The notes below the pieces were generated by a model. That model worked only from the letters and a program-made list of their open reading frames with translations. It was not told where the DNA came from and searched no databases. From contig NC_068997.1 of the NCBI RefSeq assembly GCF_001194135.2, positions 30,497,495-30,561,341 of the forward strand: 63,847 nucleotides of DNA. Reading direction: 5' to 3'. The position numbers were made by a program, and so were the translations under genes. The DNA is from Octopus bimaculoides (lineage: Eukaryota). This document shows positions 39,367 through 51,007 of this stretch, piece by piece (within the stretch, counting starts at the first letter, position 1; each line of letters opens with the position of its first letter).

Positions 39367-42300
39367 GACTGGAGGAAGATAATGAAGAAACAAAGTGGTT
39401 CTAAGAATGGATTAGAACAGATGGGAAGAGAGCATTGTTGGAGAAAAATAAAAAGGAAAGGAAGTGGTTCCAAGGATGGAGTCTAGCAGAGAGAGAGAGA
39501 GAGAGAGAAGCATTACTGGAGGAAAAACAAGGAAAAGAATTGGTTTGAAGGATGGAGTATAGCAATGAGGAAATAGCATGGCTGGAGGTCAATAGTGAGA
39601 AATGGAAGTGGTTCTAAGGATAGAATACAGCAGAGGGGGAAGAGTGCATGGCTGGAGGAAATTAATGAGGAAAGTTGTAGTTCTAAGGATGGAGTCTAGC
39701 AAAGGGAAGAGAGAGCATAGCTGGATGATGATAATGAGGACTTTAGGAGGTTCTAAGGATGAAGAATAGCAGAGGAGAAAGAGAACATTATTGAAGGCAA
39801 AAATAAGGAAAGGAAGTGTTTTTAAGGATGGTGTATAGCATGGCTGGAGGAAGATAATATGGAAAGGATGTGGTTCTCAAGATGGAGTCTAGCAAAGGGA
39901 AGAGATGGAGTCTAGAAAAGAGGAGAGAGAGCACGGCTAGAGGAAAGAAAATAGTCCTAAGGGGTGAGTCTAGCAAAGGAGAGAGAGAGAGAACATAGCT
40001 GGAAGAATATAATGAGGAAAGGATGGGGTCTAGCAAAGAGAAGTGAGAGCATGGCTGTAGAAAGGTAATGAGGATTGGAAGTGCTTCTAAGGATGGAGAA
40101 CCCAGAGAGAAGAGAGAAGAGAGAACACGACTAGAGAAGGATAATGAAGTAAGGAAGTGGTTCTTAGCATGGATTCTAGCAGAGGGTGACAAAGCATTCC
40201 TAGAGACAGAAAATGAGGAAATAATGTGGTTCCAAGGTGGGGAGAGAGAGAGAGAGTATGGTAGGAGAAAGATGATGAAGAAAGGTAATAGTTTAAAAAA
40301 TGGTGTATAACATAAACAAGGAAGAACATTGAAATATAATTAGGAAAAGAAGTGGGTTGAAGGATCGAGTGTAGTAAGGGAAGAGAGTGCATGGCAGGAG
40401 AAAGATAATGAGAAAAAGAAGTGGTTCTAAGGATTGAGTAGCACAGTGAAGAAAGGGCATGGCTGGAGATTGATAGTGAGAAATGGAATTGGTTCTAAGG
40501 ATGGAGTATAGCAAGCAGGATAGAGGGCATGGCTGGTGGAAGATAGTAAGGAGAGAAAATATTTCTAAGGATGGAGTGAAATAGAGATGAGAGGGAGTAT
40601 TGTTGAAAAAAGATGCAGAGGAAAGGAAGTGTTTTAAGGATGGAGTATCTTGAGACAGGAGGAAGCATACTAACAGAAAAAGGCAAAGAAGTAGTTCTAA
40701 GGAAGGAGTTCAGTGGAGGGGAGAAAAAGCAATTTTGAAGAAAGATAATGGGGAGAAAAATGGTTTCAGAGATGGAATGTAGTGGATGGAAGAGAAAGAA
40801 AGGCTGGAAAAAGACAATGAGAAAAGGAAGTTCTTCTAAGGGTGGAGTGTAGAAGAGGAGACAGGGATCATGTCTGGAGAAAGATAAGGAGGAAAAGAAG
40901 TGGTTCTAAGGATGTAATGTAACAGAAGGGGAAGAGAGAATTGTGGGAGGAAGATGATGAGGAAAGGAATTGGTTCTAAGGATGAGGTCAATAAGAGGGG
41001 AGAGAAATCATGTCTAAAGGAAGATAATGGTTTCATATTTTACCACAATGGCAGCCATTTTGAGTAAGGGGATGAATCAATTTTATTGACTCCAGTTATC
41101 AACTGATATTTAATTTATCACCCCTGAAAGTATGAAAGGTAAAGTTGACCTTGGCAGAATTTGAACTCAGAATGGAGTAACAGGTGAAATACTGCTAATG
41201 ATTCTACCAGCTCACCACCTTTGTCTAAAGGAAGATAATGTGGAAAGAAAGTGGTTCTAAGGATGGTGTTTCACAGAGGAGAGAGAGAGAGAGAGAGAGA
41301 CCATGGGTAGAGAAAAGGTTAAATGAAGAATGCAGGTGGTTCTAAGGAAGGAGTCTTACAGAATATAGAGACAGCATTGATGGAGGAATGTAATCATGAA
41401 AAGGAAATGGTTCTTAATATGAAATCTAGCAGAGGGGAGAGAGAGCATGGCTGGATGAAGATAATGAAAACAAGGAAGTGGTTATGAAGATGGAGTATCC
41501 AGAAAGAAAAGAGAGCATGGCTGGAGAAGAATAATGAAAAAAGGAAATGTTTCTAAGAATGGAGCCTAGCAGGAAATGAGTCCATGGCTGGAAGGTGATA
41601 TAGAATGTAGGAAGTGGTTCTAAGGATGGAGTCTATCAGTAGTGAGGTAGAACATTGCTGAAGAATGATAAGGATGAAAAGAAGTGGTTTGAATGATGGT
41701 GCAAAGCAGATAATTAGGAAAGGAAGTGGTTCTAAGGATGATTCTCAGGATAAAGTGAACAGAGGAGAGAGAGAGAACATGGTTGTGAGAATATAATAAG
41801 GAATGGCAGTGGTTCTATGTTTGGAGATTAGCAGAATGGTGAGAGTATGGCAGGACAATGTTAATGAAGAAAGCAAGTTGTTCTTAGAATAGAATCTTTC
41901 AGAGGGGAGAGAGAGAGCCTGGGCTGATGAAAATAGTGAGAAATGGAAGTGGTCTAAGGATAGCATCAGTAGACAGGAAAAAGAACATGACGAGGAAAAG
42001 AATTGGTTCCAAGGATGGAGTCTTGTAGAGAGGGGAAAGAGCATAGGTGGAGAAAGATATAATGGGAAAAGCAATTTGCTCCAAGGAGAGAGTTTAGGAG
42101 AGGGGAGCAAGAGCTTGAATAGAGGAAGGTAAATAAGGAAAGGAAGTGGTTCTCAGGATGTATTTAGAGGGGAGACAAAGCTAGGCTGAAGGAAGTGGTC
42201 CTAAACATGAACTTCAGTAGATGGGTGAGGGAGCATGTCTGAAAAATGTCCATGATGAAAGAAAGTGGATCTAAGGATGGAGTCACACAAAGTGGAAAGA

Positions 42301-42830
42301 GACCATACCTGGAGAATGATAATTAGGAAAGCAAGTGGCTCTAAGAATTGAGTCTAGCAGAGGGAAAAGGGAGCATGGTTGCAGGGAGATAATGCACAAA
42401 GAAGTGGTTCAAATTTTGGAGTTTATCAAAAGGGAGGTAGAACCTGGCTGCATGGAGATAATTAAGGAAGTATGTGGTTACCAGAATAATGTGCAGCAGA
42501 GGGGAGAGTGAGGATTGCTGGATACAAATAATTAGGAAAGGAAATTGTTCTAAGGATGGAGTCTAGCAGAGAGTAGAGCGAGCATGGCTAGAGGAAGATA
42601 ATAAGGGAAAGAAGTTGTTCTAAGGATGGAATCTAGCAGAGGTAATAGAAAGCATGGTGGAGGGTAGGCAATGAGTAAAGTAAGTGGATCTATGAATGCA
42701 TTCCATCAGGGAGTGTATGGCTGGAGGAAGAAAAGAAGTGATTCTGGGGATGGAGTCTGGTATAGTGTAGAGAGAGCATGTCTAGAAAAACATAATGAGG
42801 AAAGAAAATGGTTTTGAGGAAGAAAGAAAA
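38900..42830 (+). repeat. Degenerate purine-rich satellite, ~70-bp unit, roughly 45-50 copies
   Basis: Recurring unit gaaaggaagtggttctaaggatggagtctagcagagggga.agagagcatggctggaggaagataatgag. Includes the N-gap at 38985-39328 and (GA)n tracts. Confidence 0.9.
41030..41221 (-). mobile_element. tRNA-derived SINE inserted in the satellite, 19-bp TSD
   Basis: TSD tgtctaaaggaagataatg at 41011-41029 and 41222-41240. The minus strand shows gagctggtagaatcattag and gttcaaattc boxes; same family as 36510-36720. Confidence 0.88.
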
Positions 42831-43180
42831 TGGTCTCTTACATACTACATTCAATACATCTTATGCCTAACCTTTCTCTTAATACATGTGCATGTTCACT
42901 GACATTGCACATCCAGTGGAGCATTCTTGTTGCATTCCTCTCAAATGTGTCATCTGCATTTTGGGCCCATGTCTCACTATTTTGTTGTACTGATCTTTGT
43001 ACACAAGCATCATACAATCTTCCTTTCACTCAATAAGAAAGCCTCCTTTGTTTACCAACAGAGGTAAAAGCTCTCTGAATTTTTTTCCGTCCTATTCTTA
43101 TTCTAGCAGTTACACTTTCAGAACTTCCTCCTCCACTGCTAATTAGGTCATATAGGTAACAAAAATCCTCTGCAAACTCT
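42830..43180 (-). mobile_element. RTE-type LINE thumb fragment
   Basis: ISSGGGSSESVTARIRIG and KGRLYDACVQRSVQQNSETWA. Confidence 0.75.
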
Positions 43181-43228
43181 TCAACAACGATAACAAAAAT
43201 AATCATTTGATAAAAATGAAAGACAAAC

Positions 43229-43317
43229 CTCAAATCTGTAAATTTATTTATTTTATTTAGGTTTTCAATTCCTCTTTCATAAGCATATGCCATAATGTCT
43301 GCTGCCTGACCAGTTCC
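43229..43317 (-). CDS. TRPM-like channel gene, internal exon (SLOG GxGxAAD motif)
   Basis: Acceptor ttttaattataag, donor gtttgt; 89 nt, phase 0 in and phase 2 out. GTGQAADIMAYAYERGIENLNKINKFTDL(R) matches TRPM GSGRAADILAFA. Confidence 0.85.
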
Positions 43318-45396
43318 CTTATAATTAAAAGAAGAAATTTAAAGTGTTTCTTAAAATTAAATCTTCAGATAAAAAGCAATCTAAGAACAAAGAAGTATGT
43401 TGAAAAATCCTTTAAAATACACTGCTGAATGCCATAATAACACCCTGTTGTTAGGGTCACTATACATGAGAAATTTCATGTAAACTTAGTCATAAAACAT
43501 CCTGGCATGATATACAGTGGCATTATTAGAACTAGGCTTTGGAGACAATAGTAAAGTAGATAAAGTCAACTGCTGTTCTGGTATGAGACTGAATCAAATT
43601 ATTCTGGCACCAATTCCTTAGAGGTGAGTTGTGACAATATAAAATAAAGATATTGACAAAGAAACAGAATAGATGTCAATAGTGGATTTGAACTCTTAAT
43701 CCTCTCTTTCATCTGTGCACCAGGACAATTTGTTTGAAACAGAGAAATGAATAGATATGTTGATTTCTTCTACTGTTCTATCTATTTCTAGCTACCAACA
43801 GAAGTTGACAACAATCCTTCTTGGAGTGTGACAATCACTGTGCTTCTGTATTTGTCTCTATCAATATGTTTCTCAGCACAGAGCTTGAGACTAAATAAGC
43901 TAATGTGTTTAGGAGTTTTACTTTCATTGAATATGTAATAGCAAAGATTGAGTGGGGTTTTAATAAACTCTACCTACACATATTCAGGTGGAATTTTCAT
44001 TTTAAACATTTTGGTTTTATTGAATAGGTTGTTATTGCTGCTTAAATCAACATGAGCCTTGATCAAGTTGACCTTTGATCAAAGGGCATTCAAACCATGA
44101 CCATTTCATTCTTTAGCGTATTAACAACTATAACATCCAATGTGTTCTTTCAATTTGACAGAGATTTAGCTGGTATTTCTAGCAAGTCTATGTAATAATT
44201 AACGTTGTTATGATAAAAAACACTGAAATCTGTTAATGATTGTGTAATTAATAAAAAAAATTTTATCAGAAACATAAATGTTATCATTTCTAAAAATGAC
44301 AAACACTGAGTGAGTCCAAAGATTATTGTTCTTGGACTAGGAATGATAGTAGCCATTGTTGTGAGTTTCTTGATGTTAGCTGCTCATGGTGTGTTGCTGC
44401 TGCTGATGTCCATTGTCTTTGTGTTGTGACAGTGCTGTGGTGTGCTTTTGGTTTTGCTACTGACTGCTGAGTGCTGTGTCCAGTCTATTGTCTACCATTT
44501 GTCTGTAGTGGCTAAAATGAACTGAATATATAGCTATGGTCTTGGTCAGAAAATAAGCACTAAAAATAAAATTGTGGTTAGACCTGGTTCCATACAAAAC
44601 TTTGAATGGTCAGATTCTTTTATGGCATCAGAAGTATTTTAGTAAATCACTGTCATATTCTTGAGTTGTTCCTTTGCCCCAGACATAATGATCCCTGTTT
44701 GATTTCCAAGTTTTGAAGATGCTAAATATACCTGCAACAATTTTATTATGCAGATGGTCTGTGGAAATGGTTTATATACAGTTTGTAAGAATGAGAAATG
44801 GACTATTTTGTGATCTTTGTAGATTGTTAAGAGATTAGGTGTTCAAATAGGCATGGTATGATGCAGGATGGATCTTTGTGTTGGTCAAATATGGTGCCAT
44901 TCACTGTTTATAGTTTGCTTCAACTTAACTCTTGCCTTCTTTTAGGATGTGTTGTAAATGTAGTGAAGGTATTGTTGCTAATTTTTAGTAGGAAGAACAA
45001 GTTCTCTGTTTTATTTAAAACAGAAGCTGTTAGAGTTCTCTGGTTACCTCATATCTTTCAACATGTTAGAACTACAGTGTCTATGATAGCATTTTCCATT
45101 AAGTCATTAATATCAAGAAAAATGGTTCAATTCAGAGACAGGTTTTTTAAAGAACATTTGTTATAAAATACTCTGAATTAAATCATTCATCCAATACAAA
45201 TAGACATAAGAAAACCAGAAAACCAACAACCAGGTAAATCATTAAATAAAATATTGATATAAAATTCTGCACCAACAAAATATTTATATAGTCCTTCCTT
45301 TTAGGTTTCCTAACTACAGACTTCATCAGATATGCCATCATTATAGACTGAATAAACATCTAATAATCTTTATAACAGAATAGTCTGTTCACTGAC

Positions 45397-45506
45397 CTTC
45401 ACTATTACAACTGGGATGTTGCATGATAGAGAATCATAGACTGACTTCAGAGTTTCAAGTTCACCTCCAATCATTACTACAACAGCTGAAACCTTGTATT
45501 CATTCC
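45397..45506 (-). CDS. TRPM-like channel gene, internal exon (SLOG domain)
   Basis: Acceptor tgtaattttag, donor gtcagt; 110 nt, phase 1 in and phase 0 out. NEYKVSAVVVMIGGELETLKSVYDSLSCNIPVVIVK matches TRPM VPVVCxxxEGGPxTLxxVxxxLxxxxPVVVxxG and joins in frame to the GTGQAAD exon. Confidence 0.85.
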
Positions 45507-45563
45507 CTAAAATTACAATAGAAAATATAAAATATATAAGATACAAAATATATTTGATTAGTC

Positions 45564-48072
45564 TGTAGTGACGACTTATAGCAGACAACATTTCCGGAGT
45601 TTTTATCCACACATGTGCAGGGACTAGTTCTGGAAGGAATACAGGAAGAGTCTCATGCACATGCGTAGTCATTGACATCCAAGCTTTCGCGCTTCTTTCA
45701 CTCTTTTTGTTCGGTGATCTCCGTCGAGCCTAGACGTCCCACAGAGCTCTCTCACAACCCAGCACTAGAGCTACACAAATAACCACGAACTTCATTGACG
45801 GCGTCTCAGTAACCAAAGGCGATGAGCTACCGAATTCCCTCCAAGTGTGAGCCGAATTCCACTGTAAATAAATATTGTTGTGTTGTTCAGAATCTGCGTT
45901 CCGTTGTCTTCTTCAAGAAGTTTAATGTACGGAAGCGGAGTACACCTAATGGTCTATGACCACTTCCCTACAATTGGTGACCCTGACGTGATTCGAACAC
46001 ACACCCAGTTCTATACATGCACCACAATATTATGCCTTTGGAGTTGTTATCATCATGTCTGTGCCCACTCAGTTTTTTTCCCGACTCTGTGTACGTCGGA
46101 TGTCAACTCATGCTGTCTGCGTTCTTGTCAGACACAACTTCTCTGTTCGACCCCAGGTTGGTCACGAAGTTAACAGAGAAAATTGTCTGTCCAAGGCAAC
46201 GCGCCAGCATGCCACACTGTCGTCGTTCGGGCTAATCTTAGCAAATGCCTGCGACAACAACGCCAGACACAATTCACTTCTGCACCCCTTCAAGGCATTT
46301 TCGCGAAAAATGCAATCCTTCAAGAAAACTTTTGCTGATATCATAGATAGAGAATGCACACACTCACTCACATCAGCTTATTCCACAGCTGCAGGACTTT
46401 CTCTTGGTCATCACACGGTATTTTGCAAATTGGTACCCCGAGCTAAAAGATCTACAGACCTCGTTTCAAAAGCCATTGAATTTGTATGCTTCGCAACGTT
46501 CAACTTCAGGATTGCCTCTACATTCTCATTCATCACAAGTGAAAAGCTAAGTAAATTTTCCTACGTTAAAGTTTTTCATTTTGTCAATGACTTCTAGAGT
46601 CTATAACCAAAGACTTCTTTGCGGCTGAGACCTTTGTGGTTTTTCACACAAAGAACTTCACGGTTATTTCATCCTAACAACTTTTTGAGCAGTTTCCTAC
46701 ATGTTTCACGAGACGTCAATTCATTCTTACACAGCATCCTCTACTTGCTGAAAATAGCAGTAAAATGCACAGTTACATTTCAGTGAGTACATAACATTTC
46801 TTGATGCTTACTTGTTCCCAGTTCAGCATCTTTCGTCACCTCTCCATTTCTCTCAGCCGGAGAATGGAAGAGTTCTGGCTTATCTTCATTTGCACGGGAT
46901 CTTTTGGTCATTTTCGCTCGCAGCTCCGAATTCATGACAGCATTTTCAAGCAATGCCACTCAACGGTATCTCTCAAATAGACGCCCTGTCACAACCACTA
47001 CACACACCACTGTCAACATCTTTACCAATGCATACACCATCGCAAACACACATACAGAACACAGCTACAGCCAGTTCCAGCGCCGACATCTTCACCACCA
47101 ATGTACTGTTTACCATTGTCGTCGCCAACAACACCAACATCAACAAGCGCGGTTTTATCTCGACCCTGTTAGAGTGGATGTTTCCACTCATGATCAACAG
47201 ACCAGAACTAACCAGCCAAAATATTCCGTACCAGGTAACACAGGTCCAGGTCCCAGCATTCGACGCTCAACTACAGCTCTGCTCCTTGACCACAACCTCC
47301 TGCATATGAACATTCTATTCTCCGTGTGTAACTTTTATACGAAGTGGTTTTTCTCTACAGACACTTTTACTATGTTCTGTGTTTTCTCTCACACACACAC
47401 TTGTGCACTCATATATTTTCTTTCCTTTCAGAAAAAAACAAAAAATCAGACTTTTACATCGCGTGATTCCAGTTTTCCTGGACAGTGGTCATCACGGTTG
47501 TTTTGTCATTGTTAATTCTTTTGTACATTGCATGCATGTATCTCACAAGTGTACATCATTTCTTTGATTTTTCTTTATATATATTTGTGCCACATCTTGT
47601 GGGTGTTTTCCGTAGCCATCTTGCCTCAGGCGCCACTCCAAATTTCTATTTTCGTGCTTCCGGCACTCTAGGGGGAGCCATGTAGTGACGCCTTATAGCA
47701 GACGACATTTCCGGAGTTTTTATCCACGCATGCGCAGGGACTAGTTCCGGAAGGAATACAGGAAGAGTCTCATGCGCATGCGTAGTCATCGACATCCAAA
47801 CTTTCGCGCTTCTTTCACTCTCGTCCCACAGAGACGTCCCACAGAGCTCTCTCACAACCCAGCACTAGAGCTACACAAGTAACCACGAACTTCATTGACG
47901 GCGTCTCAGTAACCAAAGGCGACGAGCTACTGAATTCCCTCCAAGTGTGAGCCGAATTCCCCTGTAAATAAATATTGTTGTGTTGTTCAGAATCTGCGTT
48001 CCGTTGTCTTCTTCAAGAAGTTTAATGTACGGAAGCGGAGTACACCTAATGGTGTATGACCACTTCCCTACA
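45564..48072 (+). mobile_element. Young non-autonomous LTR retroelement (no pol) with 4-bp TSD
   Basis: LTRs at 45564-45972 and 47681-48072 (TG...CA; 13 substitutions plus one block replacement counted by eye). TSD agtc/agtc, PBS at 45975-46000, PPT agggggagcca at 47670-47680. The 1.7-kb interior has no RT, RNase H or integrase motifs. Confidence 0.93.
45975..46000 (+). promoter_or_regulatory. Primer binding site complementary to the tRNA-Trp 3' end
   Basis: tggtgaccctgacgtgattcgaacac versus the reverse complement of the canonical eukaryotic tRNA-Trp end (TGGTGACCCCGACGTGATTYGAACAC, recalled, not searched). Confidence 0.85.
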
Positions 48073-48119
48073 AGTCCATAAACTATATCTGATTAAAAGT
48101 AAAACCTTCATGATGAATT

Positions 48120-48335
48120 CATTTATTCTTTTACTTGTTTCAGTCATTTGACTGCAGCTATGCTGGAGCACCACCTTAAAGGGTTTTTAGTTAAAGAAAT
48201 CAATCCCAGGACTTATTCTTTGTAAGTTTAGTACTTATTCTATCATTCTCTTTACCAAACCACTAAGTTATGGGGACATAAACACACCAGCATCAGTTGT
48301 CAAGCGATGGCAGGGGGACAAACACAGATACATAA
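48120..48335 (-). mobile_element. 3' half of an octopus-type SINE
   Basis: Minus strand gtttgtccccc...cgcttgacaactgatgctggtg...gactgaaacaagtaaaagaata; same family as 3955-4200. Followed by (TA)n at 48355-48420. Confidence 0.7.
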
Positions 48336-48348
48336 ATATATACATACT

Positions 48349-48424
<76 letters not shown>

Positions 48425-48509
48425 CATTTCGTTTTTGGATTTGGTTTGCAAGATTTTTTATGTGATTTCGTGTGTTGAAGCATATTCTGTTGTGTCTGGG
48501 GAGAGTAAT

Positions 48510-49883
48510 TTTGTTTTCGTTCCTACACTATACGGGTTACGCAAAGACCACAAACCCTACATAAACCCTGTCATGCGACCTCCAACCAGACCAGTTTGTG
48601 GAGCAAACATCTCCAGCAACTATAGACTGTCCTACTTCCTCTCACAAGTATTACGACCTCTCATAGAGATGTCTCCAGATGTCTGTGTAAGCACGGAAGA
48701 TCTCCTCAGTAGAATCAGTACCTGCAACCACTCCAACGACCTCACAGGTTGTGTAGTGGGTAGTATGGATGTGATTTCACTTTACCCATCTATAGACATA
48801 GATTTTGCTGTGGAGATATGTATTCAGGTGATCTGTGAGAATGAAGTGGAGTTCCACAAGGTCAACACGAGGGAACTGGGCCTCCTCCTCAGACTAAACT
48901 ACGGCAGTAACTATTTAGATGATCATGACTTCAGTAGATTCTGTCCCACCAGGCCACAGAGGGGAAGACCACCCACTATCACTTCAGCATTGAAGAAAAG
49001 CACCACTGAACGCTGGAGTGGCTGGACTGCACCCACCTAAAACCCTGAGAACAACAATCAGGTAAAGGAAATGATTGCTCATGCAATAGGGGCCAGTATA
49101 AAAACCACCTTGAAGAACCACATAGTAAAGTTCAACAAAAAACTATACATGCAGGTTCAAGGTGCAGCCATCGGCGTTGGTGTAGCTGGAGATGTGGCCG
49201 GTCTCTTCATGACCTAGTGGGACAGAAAACTCAAACATAGGTTAGCAGAACAGTCCACAACTCCTCTACTTTACAGCAGATATGTAGATGACATTAATAT
49301 CGTTAGTTAGGACCAACTCTAGTGACGGTCATATAGAAACAGAAAGGAACGTAATGGAGAGTATCCAGCAAATAGCTAACTCCATCCACCAAAGTATCAA
49401 GGTAACTATAGATTACCCGACAAAATACCCCAACAATAGGCTCCCGGTACTTGATACTGAATTTTGGTTAGAGACTGTGAACAACAGAGTGCAGCTCCTC
49501 CACTCATACAATATGAAACCCATAGCTTCAAAACATGTCGTTCACAAGAACTCAGCTTTGTCACACAGCATGGAGATTAACATACTGATAGCAGACTTAG
49601 TTAGGATAATGAACAACATCTCCCCACTATGCGAACCCTATGAAACGAAAAAACATATACAGAACTTCATGCACCGCATGCAGTTCTCTGGATATGATCA
49701 GAAAGATAGGGTTCGAGTATACAGGGGGGCTAGAAAGAGGTTAGATAAGATTATAAGTAATGATACCAGTGGTACCTGCCCTAGATATAGAAACAAAGAA
49801 TGGAATAGGATGCAAAGAATTTGTGACAAAGCCAACAAGGCGAACACGTGGTATAAAACCGACAGATATCAAGGAGTGATGTT
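48510..49883 (+). mobile_element. Penelope-like reverse transcriptase (decayed)
   Basis: PTLYGLRKDHK...RPVCG, GSMDVISLYPSI, YMQVQGAAIG, LYSRYVDDI and LPVLDTEFW. Confidence 0.85.
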
Positions 49884-50569
49884 NNNNNNNNNNNNNNNNN
49901 NNNNNNNNNNNNNNNNNNNNNNNNNNNNNNNNNNNNNNNNNNNNNNNNNNNNNNNNNNNNNNNNNNNNNNNNNNNNNNNNNNNNNNNNNNNNNNNNNNNN
50001 NNNNNNNNNNNNNNNNNNNNNNNNNNNNNNNNNNNNNNNNNNNNNNNNNNNNNNNNNNNNNNNNNNNNNNNNNNNNNNNNNNNNNNNNNNNNNNNNNNNN
50101 NNNNNNNNNNNNNNNNNNNNNNNNNNNNNNNNNNNNNNNNNNNNNNNNNNNNNNNNNNNNNNNNNNNNNNNNNNNNNNNNNNNNNNNNNNNNNNNNNNNN
50201 NNNNNNNNNNNNNNNNNNNNNNNNNNNNNNNNNNNNNNNNNNNNNNNNNNNNNNNNNNNNNNNNNNNNNNNNNNNNNNNNNNNNNNNNNNNNNNNNNNNN
50301 NNNNNNNNNNNNNNNNNNNNNNNNNNNNNNNNNNNNNNNNNNNNNNNNNNNNNNNNNNNNNNNNNNNNNNNNNNNNNNNNNNNNNNNNNNNNNNNNNNNN
50401 NNNNNNNNNNNNNNNNNNNNNNNNNNNNNNNNNNNNNNNNNNNNNNNNNNNAATACGGGAGTACGTCCTTATAAGTGAAACTTCCCCAATACTAAATAGG
50501 AAATATACGTAGATATCATACCCCCATACCCGCATTTTACACAGGTAAAGTAGAACAGTTGATGGGCTT

Positions 50570-51007
50570 TTATGCAGATAGATGTATGTATGCCTGTGGG
50601 TGTATGTGTGTGTGTGTGCATGCACATGTATGCATGGGTAGGTACATAGGGTATATGAACAGACAACCACATAGGCAAATAAAGACTGAAACACATGACC
50701 ACACATACATACACATTTGTCCACACATATGAAGACGTGCACCCATGCATGCAAACATGGTACATAACAGCAGAGCACACACACGCACACACACTCAGGC
50801 ATGCACAAACAAGGAGACAGAGGTACATACATACATATACACACACATACATAAAAAAATAAAAGAAACAAAAAAAACACACAAATGCAGAATACATACA
50901 TACATACCTGCAAACACACACATACATGCATATATACATACACACACATACATACATATATATACATATGCACACATGCACGCATACATACACACACACT
51001 GAGACAC
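50570..51007. repeat. (CA)n/(CATA)n compound microsatellite
   Basis: Seen directly; explains the HTHT/VCVC pseudo-ORFs. Confidence 0.9.

Noticed and set aside
38900-42830. Regularly spaced repeats suggesting a CRISPR array
   Set aside because: The whole unit repeats with no unique spacers, there are no cas genes, and the context is eukaryotic.
44350-45170. Possible further TRPM exon or LINE/Penelope fragment
   Set aside because: No frame gave a recognisable motif with compatible splice phases, so it is left unassigned.
45290-45335. Minus-strand CTGATGA...GAAAC
   Set aside because: Stem II is weak, and there is no NUH triplet with a pairing stem I.
50452-50476. NTGVRPYK, resembling a C2H2 zinc-finger linker
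   Set aside because: Only 8 codons between a gap and a stop, with no finger visible.
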